The translations under genes were made by a program, and so were the position numbers. This document shows, in pieces, positions 10,938-22,942 of a DNA stretch of 44,129 bases (position 1 is the first letter of the stretch; each line of letters starts with the position of its first letter). The notes under the pieces are model-generated. The model was given only the letters and a program-made list of their open reading frames with translations, had not been told where the DNA came from and ran no database searches. This DNA comes from Paraphysomonas bandaiensis (Eukaryota; Protista; Chrysophyceae). Location of the stretch: NCBI GenBank assembly GCA_965644295.1, contig CBFFRP010000100.1, positions 1-44,129 of the forward strand, written 5' to 3'.

Positions 10938-13900
10938 ATGGATCTACAACTCCCTCCATCACTTGCTATTAGATCCTCTAGTACATCAGATGTATTTGCT
11001 GACTATACAGGAGCGGAATATGATCCACATCCGAAAGTTGCGGTCCCATTAAAGTATCCCAATAAACCGCATAAGGGTCATGGTAATGCTCCTGTGCCTA
11101 TAGAGGGCTCTGTACCAGATATTAATCTCAATCCAGAGGATTATGTCGTCAGTAATGGTCAGGCTTATCGGGTCACTCGCTCCCCTAGAGGTTTGACTGT
11201 GCCTAGTTCTGGTAAATGTATAAAACGATCATCAAGTGGGCTCACGTCTGGAGATGGTACTGCACCCAACGCATCTGAACAAGGGAAAGTCAGAATGCTT
11301 CTCAAAGCATTGGATGAGGCTAACCGTAAGATCACAGAACAGAACAATCTAATATCACGGCAACAGCAGCGCATCCATGAGCTTGAAAAGGCACTCGGTC
11401 GAGAGCCGTCTTCGGGTGGGTGCCATATTGGAATTGGCGATCCATTGGTTAAAAGTGGGTGCGCCATGCTTGCAGATGAAAATTCCTCTTTAACTCCGAG
11501 AGGACGGAACAGAATTCACACCGCTATACGCACTGAAAAAGAGCTACAGACCCGGGCAGCAGCAGCTGGTACTCCTCCTATTGTGCAACCTGCTTCTTCG
11601 CACCCATCGCCTTGCGGGAGCAGTTGTCCTGAAGGTGACCGCGAGCCTCTCACTTCTCCTCCCTCCCCAGTCCGGTTCATATCCAAACAGCGGAGCGGAA
11701 GTTACAGCAGCAGTAGTATCGGTAGCAGTGCCTATGACTCATCTCCTGATCTTTCGAATCTGCGTAAGACCAGGGGTGAAATAGCATGTACTGAGAGTCC
11801 TGTCGGTCCACGGGGTGCTCTGGCAGCACGATTAAGTATGTCTACCAAAGAGAGGCGGATGCAGGGTGGGAGGGTCAGAGGCCCGAAGACAGGTGGATCT
11901 GTATCATCAAAGCGGGGCGTTCCAGTTGGTGTACAGGGGGGTAGTGTATGCGACGGTGTAACTTCTTCGAGCCCACCCCCAGTGTATCTATATACCGGCT
12001 CCTCTAAGCCTTGCCTATTCATTGCCCACGACAATCCGCAGTTGGGGAAGAGCGTAGCGACCCTTTTGCAGACGTCTTCGGAAAGTAGCATAATGATAGA
12101 GAGTAAGGGAAGCAATGACATGACCTGCGTTATATTGGGGACCATAACTTTCAGCGGTGAAACGGAAGGTGTAATTCGGGAGGGCACTGTCGATGCTGTT
12201 GTACCTGCTGACCAGCACAGGGGCTCATACTGCATTGCATGTGAGAATATGAGCGCATTCAGGTTTCGTTTGTCTGAGGTGGAGAAGCGAATGAAGGGGG
12301 TCATAACTGAAATTAATTTATCAGCTAGGGCGGGCTCTGGCTCCGTTACAGAATGTGCGGATATCTCCTCGTCAGACCTGCTTGCTGCATTTTTAGAGCC
12401 TTGTGCGTCGCGTGTAGATGTAATTCTTGCACCTTGCCACTCAGACTCTTGGTATCCTTACTGGGAGCTGGACTCATCCACCCCCCCAGCAGAAACAGTT
12501 ATGCCCCCACCAGGAAGCAGGAGACTAGCACCTCAGTTCAGGTCAAATGGTATTGGGTATTTGCGCCTTGGAGATGATATGAGTCGATATGGAACATCCT
12601 TCCTTTCATGCGATGGGTTTCAGACGTACCTTGACAATGGTAACAGTAAAAATATTACTGGTGAGTGTCAGAAGAACGCAACTGGTAGATCTGTTCCGGG
12701 AGTACCGTTGGGTGAACTACTTAATGGTGCTGTGGGTAGTAGTGTAGGCCGCAAGAACGTGGAAGCGGGACTAGCGGTGCTGGGTGTAGGGTCTCCGAAG
12801 TCCCCCCGAAGAAGGAGGTTGTCAGGTGGAAGTAGTGTGGATCTGTCCACGGATGGTGTGTCTGGAGAAAATTGCAAGCAGAATAGTGTGCTATCAGTCA
12901 ACTCCGACCAGAGCATGCCTTTACCAGATGCTTCTGACAGAAAGATCCAAAGCAAGGAAGAACTGTTGGAGCATGTGCAAATGATTAGTCAAGTGGAAAA
13001 TACAGAAGGAACTGAGCTGAAGTGGAGCGACAGAGTTGGTATTCTTCATAAGTGTTACGAGTATATCGAAAAGTGCCTACCACTGGAACTAGATGCTGTG
13101 GCCGAAGTTGCATTTTCGATCCAAGAGCAACTGCAGCGACAGCACAACCCTCTTGTACTGAAAGAGTCCTTAGGATGTATATGTAGTCTTGCGCGTCATA
13201 TTCAGATCCTTTTATCTGCGGAGGACTTTCAGACGTGGCTGAAAGAGAAAGCTGACTCGAAGGCAGCCGTAGCTTGCAAAGCACTTATTACCTCCGCCGC
13301 CAATGCCCTGCGGCATTCCAACAGAGGCGTCAGCGATTCAGCTCGATCCGCTCTTAATTCCCTATTTATATCTGGGCAAGGCGGAGATACATACCGATCT
13401 AGAGTTCTGTTTATGATATCCTCTGTAAGCAGCGAAATCATGACTGGACCCCGCGGTGGGTCCAGTGCTGGAGTGGCCCGAGTGGTGCAATGGCTGGTGG
13501 GGATACTTGAAGACCACGCAGGGTATGTCCTATCACGGGAGAATATTGCGGAAGAGGGCCTTGCTGCCCTGGATGTAAATAGTGTAAGTGCAATATGTGA
13601 GGGTACTCCATCTCTGCTGCAGCACAGAGAAAAGTCCGTGCGTGAGGCTGCAGTCACATTGACTGCACAACTATTTGCACTGGACGTAAGACTGCATTGT
13701 GGGGTGGGTGGACTTGATAGTAGCTGCATTCCTAGGGATAAAGAGTCTCTTGCTGATTCCTTGTCATCTTCTGGTCGCTCTATTCTCATGACTGCCATAC
13801 TGGATACTGTTATATCTCAACATGTGCAGAGCAGAGTTGTGCAACGGAGCATAGAATACATCGCCCACATGTGTAGCAGAGCCAGTGGCGACAAACTCTC

Positions 13901-14680
13901 TAAAACTTCTGGTTGCTGTGATAGTAATATTAAGCCCGACCAGAATACTGCCCTCAGCAGCCTGACAGAAAAGCGATTAAGTGGTAAGCTACGCAGTCTG
14001 AAACGGAAGACCAGTCAGGTGAAGCCGCCTGCTAGAGATTCTGATCGTTCTACTAGAAGCTCGCAGAATGGCACGTATGATGTAGATATTCCTCGTCTTT
14101 CCAGTATGCTATTCGAAGCTAAACTTATACTCCGAAGCCCTGTGCTGAATACAAAGCAAGCGTGGGAACAATTTTCTGAGGTATTTTATATGCATAGTGT
14201 GAATAGCTTGTAATAGTAATTTCCAGACGGTCAGTAACGCTCCTGTATTTTTTCGAGTACTCGACGCCACCGCCCAGTTGCTATATATGCCTCCAGGATC
14301 TCTTCTGCGGCGTCTGTTACCGTTTGATGAGAACACTTCCTCAACCGATCAGAGCGATGTCAGTTCGCAGGACGCTCTACAAGATATTCTTTCCGGCGAG
14401 GGTGGTAGTGTTGTTGACCCCCAGGTGCTGTCGTCCCTCCAAAATAGTGCAAAAAATATCAGGGGGACTATACGAGTGAAGATGGCTGACGAGGCTGATC
14501 TAAAGCAGGTATGCATAAGAACTTAAGAAGTTTTGTTTTTATATGACGTTCTCACAGGCGGAAACTGCGGTCGAACAATTAAATGCCTTTCGCGTAGCGG
14601 TGTTGGACGCATGTTCTAAATCTAGCACGAGTGAGCGTTGTGTGCACCCCTGTGAGCTCATAGATAGTATAACTGTTTAG
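10938..14680 (+). CDS. Large protein with coiled coil, Ser/Pro-rich region and HEAT/TOG-like repeats; 3 exons
   Basis: 1091-aa ORF continued by GT-AG introns after 14180 and 14508 to TAG at 14678-14680. WSDRVGIL and LLQHREKSVREAA resemble TOG/CLASP HEAT motifs. Confidence 0.6.
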
Positions 14681-15389
14681 TATATATATCGCATGTAGTT
14701 AATGACAGCGTGTGGCGTGTATATGTTTATTAAATGTGAGCCACAGCAAGTAGTGGGGAAAAGTTTCATATATTCACCTGATATCTCCAGGTGCTCAAGG
14801 TGTAATATTACGATAATTATACATAAGCTGTCACTCTGCTTTATTGTGTGACAACATGTTGCCTTTAGGCAACGTGTGGAATGTAGAATTATGGTGCGAT
14901 CACGCGATCACAGAGTTACTCACTTCATAGTGGTTGCGTTGGAGAAAATTATAAATTATACTTTGGTGTAGTGCACGCTGTATCAGCGGAAAAGACATTG
15001 CTCACAAAGCTTTAAGTATCATCTCAAAGTGCGACACTGGACACTAAGTAGCTAAGTAGTATGCACGACCTCTTATCTTATATGGTGCATTCGTGCATTC
15101 CTTTACGGTTTACGGTTAGAAAGTTTAATGTATGTATGTATTGCTCGGAGAGTTCGGTTTAAAGTGGTTAAGTGTCAAATAGATATTCAGTAGCTCTATT
15201 GCCATTATCACTGCTTCAAATGTGGAAAGTGGAAACTGTACTATAAACTATAAAGTGAAGAAGTAATACGTAAACTCATTCTACATACACAAGTATCATA
15301 ATAAATAATATGTAGATGACCATCAATACCCGTCTCAACAAAAATAAACATTGATCGAGGGTGCATTGTTGATATCCCATTGTCCTGAT

Positions 15390-15596
15390 GCAATCATTTC
15401 TGGGGTATTCTTGGAGTCCAGGTAACTTGTACAGTCCTCGTACTGCTGTTTTCACGTAGCCAGTATGAATGTTGTCCTATAAACTCACCTGCGCCGTCAG
15501 TCCTTTGCAGCTTCAGTCCTTGTTTCACTAGTTAGATCACCACTATATCCTTCATGTATTTCAATACGTCACTCCCGCTTTTGGTTTCTAATTCTT
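15390..15596 (-). pseudogene. Degenerate Copia integrase fragment
   Basis: Reads LETKSGSDVLKYMKDIVVI*LVKQGLKLQRTDGAGEFIG...VTW, then frameshifted NTPEM. This parallels LVHRTGEAVLEVFK...HADGARELI...TWSSTDSPEM in the element at 33.7 kb. Confidence 0.7.
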
Positions 15597-16301
15597 ATTA
15601 ATGCTCATAGTTTCTTTGCATCGCTGTGTTTAGAGATGAACACATGCTTGTTAGAACCTTCATCGTGAGTGAACTGAGCCCCCCTCGCTCACTGGGGCTA
15701 TCGTCAAAGTTGATAACATGGCGTGTAGTCTTAAAGTTTTGTTTGATGAGTTTATGCAGTGTGTATATATACATCCGCCATGTGTGTATGTGTGTGTGTA
15801 TGTGTATTAAAGGGTCATTACTGATGCAGGTAATCGTTATGTGGGTTACTCAGATCATCAGATTCATAGCTGCCACAGACATTGTTTGATTCGGGATTCT
15901 TTACAAGATTGGAGTGAATGATATCACAGATATGCGCCTGTAGCGGCTCTATGAGCTGGATGTGTATGTATATACTCACACAACTACTCGTACTATCCTA
16001 CTGTACTGTGACAGTGGTATATACGTACGATGTGTACATAAATAGCAGAGTACGCTTTATCTATACATGACTTCAATGAAATATTTGTATTCGAATATTT
16101 TCTATGAATATGCTGCTACATCGTCTACAGTATGCATATATACATACATACATACATGTGTACATACATACATATACATACATACACGCACATGCATCCA
16201 GTCCAGTCTCTCATATATATATGCGATTACAGGACATCCATATAGATATATAGCAGATTGACTATGTCTTAACTTCTCATCGAATCAGACACTTATTATC
16301 A

Positions 16302-16842
16302 ATGGAAAACATCTCCTCATCTGTACAATATAAACTAGATGAAAACAATAAGCTTCTTATGCAGTGGGAGTCCATATTAGACTGTAAAGGTACACACCTC
16401 TCGATACATAACCACATACATCACACACATACATACATACAGAATGGTCTACTAGAGAGAACTTAAATAAATGCACGATATGCAGAAAGAAACTACATGA
16501 TAATTTAGCAGTGTTGGCTAAACTAATGGAAGTACAGGTGAGGGAGTGTGTGTATTGGCTGGTAAGTGACACTATGAATCATATGGTTATATGCAGATGA
16601 AAAGACATAAAGAGAAAAAACATGCTGCAAATCAGTCAGCGATAGCAGCCTCTCAACAGAGTTCTTTGAAAGTACCTACACAAACTACTGTCACACTGCC
16701 AGGTGTGCAAACTGAACAAAGTAAGCCTCATGATGATCAGAATAATTCTAAAGTGGAAACATCTGAAACATCGGCGCCCTCATATTCTCAGTCAGTTGAA
16801 ACCACTTCTGTCCTTGGCAAACGCTCATCACAAGATAGTTGA
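16302..16842 (+). CDS. Small SSXT (SS18/GIF)-like protein, 142 aa, 3 exons
   Basis: Exons 16302-16389, 16443-16537 and 16597-16842 give VQYKLDENNKLL...KCTICRKKLHDNLAVLAKL, resembling the SSXT pattern IQKxLDENxxLI...LHxNLxYLA. Confidence 0.6.
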
Positions 16843-17743
16843 TATAGAATGTGTTCTGTGTATTGTAGTTGTCAGCATTGACAATTGTAGATGGAGTACA
16901 AGCCTATGAATCACCTGCTGATTAAACGGTATACTGTTGAGTAAATATCATGTGAAGTGAAATTATTTCAAGCGATATGAGTAAGTATGTTGGTATTTGT
17001 TATGTTAGGAATTTATCATTGTTTGCTTGCATACCTATCGTGGGAGTAAGAATAATCGTTTTGGCCATTCAAAAATATGATATGTCCACTCTGTTCAGTA
17101 GGTCTAAAATCTACCTCGGTCTCGTGTTCGTTTTCGTAAGCTGTGTATATCTCATGGTAAAACTATCTGTTGGATTATTAAGTATAGAGATCAACTGCGT
17201 GTATAACAGTTGATTACAGAGTACAGTACAAATGTACATCATATCATTCAACATAAGATCTTACATCAGTACTTACACTGCATATCTAAGAATACTTTCC
17301 ATGCTATCATGGGTGTCCTTATGGCTATTAATATCTTTTATTCCGTTACATCTGTGACACATACACACATTCTACAATCTACAATTTATCTCATCGATCT
17401 TTTAGTAGTTCTGCTGATAATTCGGTGATGAGTACAGTAGTTGAAGATTGAAGATATTAGTATTTCATGGGGCCAATGATGTGTATTATGTAAATTGAAG
17501 TGTAGTAGCTGTATAAGGTCATCACAAAAGTGTTTATCGAATAGCCCGATAAATATTCATGTACATGCTGTTGGTTACGATAACATAATGTAATTGAAAT
17601 GCCGTCACATTACATCATTATTACTACAACCTACTACAAGGCAACGGCAAAAATTATTCACAAGAAAATATCATAGATATAGCCCACATTCTGGTGGATA
17701 GGTTCCATATTATACAATAAATAGTACAATAGTTGTTATGTAC

Positions 17744-20700
17744 TTATTCCTGATTAGAACTGTTCTGTGCGACTTGCATTCCAGCCCTTGTCAGTTGTTG
17801 GCGTTTTTCCATTTGAATAAGCTCTTTTGCTATATCTCTAATAGATATCACTCCAAGCACTTCCCCTTGGGTATTTACGACAAACCTTTAAAATAGTCAT
17901 TCAACAACTTACGAAGCATGTAATACTTACGACTTGGATGATCGATATTGATGCATTACTTCCAGTGCAGTTGCAATTGTGTCATGAGCCTAGAACTGAG
18001 TCACAACAGCAATCACTCTCTATGTAAATAATACCTGTATAACTCCCATTTCCAGAAACCACTTTTTTAATTTCTCATGCTTCGCAGCTCGCTAGGTATA
18101 ACTACTTTAGGACAAGTTACCTAACCATTGCAGTAATACCTCGGCTTGGCGGCGAATTTCATCCTCAGCTGTACTTGGACGCTTTGTAGATCCCACTGGG
18201 CTAGACGGACCGCTATTTTTATGCGAAAGGGCCATGCCCTTGTTTCTGAAAAGGAAGAAATGATCTCAACACGACGCTAATCAAATAGAACTCACCCTCT
18301 AGAAGACCCCCTTGAAGAACGAGAGTCCATTCGGTTTATGACAACGTCTTCTGACGTTGCCGTTGCACTGCGTTGATAATAAGCAATGAATGGAGTTCAA
18401 TATTCAATCACCACCTGCTCTGAGTTCTATGACGGGACACTCCATAAGCAGCCCCCTTTACACCTAGTTGTGAGTGAGTTTCACTTGTTTCTGACTCATC
18501 GCTATCACTGAAACATATATCAAACAGTAGTCAAAATAAGTATACATCACTCTAACATTACCTATCAGTGGTGCTTGAGTCGTCAGTTGTACTTTCATCA
18601 CTTTCGTTGAGGTCTTCAAGTGATGGTGGCTTGTCAGACATGAACTCATCAAAATCTACACAACTGTCAAACAAGTATGACACCAACAAATACTTAACCT
18701 TTGATATGTATGCCTATGATGCCACATTCTTTGAGTGGACTCAGTAACATGCTAAAAATCGAGAAGTTTGAGATGCTATTGAAGTCGATAGCCTGTAGAT
18801 AGTCAATGTTAAACAACTTTGCAAGACATTAGACTTCTACATCAAGGTATCCTCTGGTGAACGCCACTCTCAAATCCTCCCGGGTAAGATGCCTGAGTCC
18901 TGGTCTATAGAGATGTCATTGAATTTCAAAACAGTATGTCATTACGCACTTAATAATGTGTTCTCTCCACGCCCACCAGAATTCTGAGATGCATTTGGCA
19001 TCAAGCCTATTCGAATTACGACTGTCAGAAGGGATTGAGGTGAACAGCTCACTATTCACCTGCCGCACCACCGGCCCATTTCATCGACAATAGCCGCAGC
19101 TTCAACTTTTCGCTGCGCAGTACAGTTAAATTTAAAACAGAGTCACTCAATATGACCTCAGCTAGAATTTGAATTGCACTTCCAAAATTACTAGACACAT
19201 CTACAAGCACTGGACTTCTCATCATACCACTCTCTTCAACAGTCATCGCCGATAGCTTGCCAAGTATCTGAAACAAAGATATGTAAATGTAAATTTTCGG
19301 GATTCATAGGCTACCTCGTGAGAATACAACCGCAGAAAAGATGCCATTTTGGTTGTCGTAATAATATGTGATACTACATACGCAAGTTAGTCTGTATACA
19401 TAAATCTAACGAAGGTACCCGTACCTTTATACGGCTCTATTCTTGATGCTGCAACTGGAACATTACGATAACCCTTAGCCATCATATCCAACACATTATA
19501 CACGAACTAATAAAAAAAATTATAACGAAACCATGCGCATTCATATTTCGTGCCTGATCTGTCTGGTATATGTTGTGACAACTATACATCACTTCACATC
19601 TTTGGGGTCCTGTCGGCGAGTCAGAATCTGCATGCAATTTTTAAAGAGTACAAAGGGGAAAAACAACTAACTTGGCGTAATTTTTTTCAATAAGCTCTGC
19701 ATGGTACAGCCAGCAAACTCCATTGCCAACTTAACAAAAATAACCCCATCATAAAACGCACAAGCGATTATCACACTGACCTCTTGCCACTGATTTTGCA
19801 CGGATCCACCAAACGACGATCTTCTATTTCTGTTCGCTACATACAAGGCATTAAATAAAATAGGGATCGTAGATTATAAGCAACATACACTAACCTAGAG
19901 TTGGCATTGCAAACATGAGACTTCCACGCAAAGAAGTGGGAGAGACAAGATCTCTTCTGTAACTCGTGCGTCTATTTCGTACAGCACCCGAATAACACAT
20001 TGCTTTGAGCAAAGCACATACTAACATACCTGTCTTCTGTAGGATTAACTACACCGGCAGAACTCTTCCGTTTCTCAGAAAGGGCAGACACTGATAATCT
20101 AGGCACGGCGGGTTGAAGAATGGTTTTCGGGCAAGCTTCAGCAAGCCACAACAGGATCTAAATATTATGTCAGCCCAGGCTTAGCGACCTGTACTTTAAG
20201 CACAACTCACAGTAAACTCATCTACAATCGCATGTAGATGAAACGTGCTTGCCGGATGTCCTGCCATCTCAATTCTCTCTGCTTCTGCAGCGGCCATGAG
20301 TGCCTTTTCATTCGCCTTTATCACTTGCGAACTCGTCATTGTGCGCTTGTTCTCGCCCCCCTCAGCTCTCGGAACAGGTTGGTGGTTTATAATAGTGTTA
20401 GTCACAGATATAGATGTGGCCGTGGCACTATCAGGAGCGGATAATGCTGTGTACACTGGCAGGGCAGATTTTCCCGAGCAAAAAATGAGCTGTGCATCCA
20501 GTAGAACAAAAATAACAAACACATTACATAAATGAACACGTTGGCAAAGCAGTAACAGCACCTCGAGTATCGAGAACACAGTCGTGTTGACATGAACCTG
20601 CGGTAGCGAATGTAGCCAAGAATCGTCGTACATATCCATTATAGTGAAGCGCCAAAGGGGAAGCCTCGATTTTGGCCGTGTTTGGTTCTGCACATACACA

Positions 20701-21598
20701 GCCATGATTAGGTCAATAGCAATCAATATACGCGTACTTACATTCGAAGCCATGAGTTTGGACTCCGCCAGCATATTGGTAACTGCTGAAGTAGAATACG
20801 AACTGGTGGTGACAGACTACACGTACGATGATGTTTCATATATGTGTCAAAAGAATATACGACCTGTGGTGATAAGCTCATCTGCAACAAAGAGTCCGCC
20901 AACATCGACACAGCGTGATTCTCCTGCACACTCTGCATCACATCTGCAAACCGCAGCGATCCTCCAGTGTCCCTCTCTTCCACCTCAGAAGACATATTGA
21001 GAATCTCATTTTCTGTTCTCTGAGCTGACTTCAAATGCTTTACACATGCTGCAGCTGCATCTCCTGCAACATCTCTCATACACACTTCCATGTCGAATAT
21101 GCTGTGCATCCCATCCAATACATGCCGAAACCAACGAGCAAAACATGCCTATTAAACATATTATCATATCCCATATTACACTAGTAAAACATACCTCTGA
21201 ATTTTCTTGTTTACCCTCAAAATAAAGATGATAAAAGAAATTAATCTTAGCAGTAACTGAATCTACACAGAATAAAGCTAATATACAAAATGTTGGATAT
21301 GGATCAACTACACGATATCCTTTTGGTAAAAACATTTTAAAATGAATATCAGAATCTTTAAATATATGTCCAAATATCTGTTTAATTTTATGATTAATGA
21401 TATATTGGGTTCTATATTGGAGGTCTTTACCTCATCAAACTCTTCTCTGTTTACACTCTCTTTACCATCTAATTCCATTCCTGTTATCCAGAAATCAGCT
21501 GCTTCTCTAATATCCACAAGTTTAGATGTTAAATATTCATTAAAATATTTTGGTTTCTTAATATTTTTTGTATGAGGTGTACTAATATCGTTCCCCAT
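17744..21598 (-). CDS. Intron-rich protein: MG start, degenerate CBL/recoverin-like EF-hand region, CBS domains
   Basis: N-terminus MGNDIST...VNREEFDEVF...ILALFC...AKINFFYHLY. Middle CBS-like FVYNVLDMMAKGYRNVPV. C-terminal CBS HDTIATALEVMHQY...LFVVNTQGEVLGVISIRDIAKEL. Stop at 17744-17746. Not every internal exon was verified. Confidence 0.65.
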
Positions 21599-22942
21599 GT
21601 TTAGATATGAGATACCCTGTTGATGATATGTATGTATAGTGTATAGAGGGGTGTGTAGAGATATAGAGAGAGAGATATGCTGATAGTCTTATATACTAAC
21701 ACACTTCAGTCTTGTGAATAGGCTTGTTGGCTATTGGCTATCTATATGAAGTCGAAGTACAATCATATCGAAGTCAACTTGATAACGTTCCTTACAGACA
21801 TCCCACTATACATACATGTACACTGCTGTACATATATACACAGCAGTATACAACACGGATATATGGGAACATACAGTAGCGTATATCATGTAACGTCCCG
21901 TTTGTCCCAATAAACTCTTCAGCTGTATACAGCAGTATACATTGCTGTATATAGAGAAACGGCTCCTCTGTCATGCATATCTCAACAGTGAAGCAGAGGA
22001 TATCAGCATATCTTAAACTATTTCTGCCATAAGGAGTGTATATTCCAGAATATGGAGGTAATTTTGGTGCACATATTTCTACGCTTTTAACGATAATCTA
22101 TCTGCACAATGCGTGTATCAATAGAAGTGGGACTATACTGCACCTGCAGTATAGACACGATGCTGCAATTGACTATGCTTGCATTGCACTCGTCACATAT
22201 GATACAAAAGCCGTAGCTATTACCAGATTGTAAGATGAATTTATGGCAGAGTACTGCGAAGTGTCTGACACTTTGGTGAGAATATTTTGGATGTCAAGAG
22301 CGCGATAGTGGTTATTGCTACACTGTGATTGTAAAAACATATAAAATATACGCTATCTTGATGAAACTATGTTTAAGAATACCATAATTGTAAACATAGA
22401 TATAACATTCTTGTGTTATTTTTTAAGATTTTACATCAAAGGACTTGATAACTGCCTAAACGCCAAAATTCAGTGTTATAGTATTCACGTGTTCAAAAAC
22501 ATATGCCTTTTCCTAATGAAATACACTTATGAGTACTTATTACTATTATTGTTAGGTATAATAATACGCCCAGGCAGGTTAGCTAATGTTATTGAAAAGG
22601 ATGTATGATATCTGACAACAATGTATTATGTATTCTCCCCTAGCAATTGTAAACTGTAGAAATTAACCACTGATAGAAAACAGAATTTCAATATCTACCT
22701 CATGAGAATGGAATATTATAGTCGTAGAAGTATTGTCTAAATATAAAAGTGTCGAAGGCATGCACATTCTGAGCAGTCAATACAACTTGCAACCAAATTA
22801 TAACGACTTCATGTGTATTTGTATTGAGTCAAGAGCTGTAGATATTTAGACAGATTATCTATTGACAATAAAACACCAACGACTTCAGTTGACAATCAGC
22901 GTACAGCGAAACCACATCACACTACTATACAAAAATGCTACT

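Noticed and set aside
16130-16250. TACA/CATA-rich tracts upstream of several genes
   Set aside because: Low-complexity microsatellite-like DNA; no specific regulatory motif can be supported.
1792-21598. Two unrelated genes both starting MGNDI
   Set aside because: No further similarity; explained by a common myristoylation-type N-terminus or chance.
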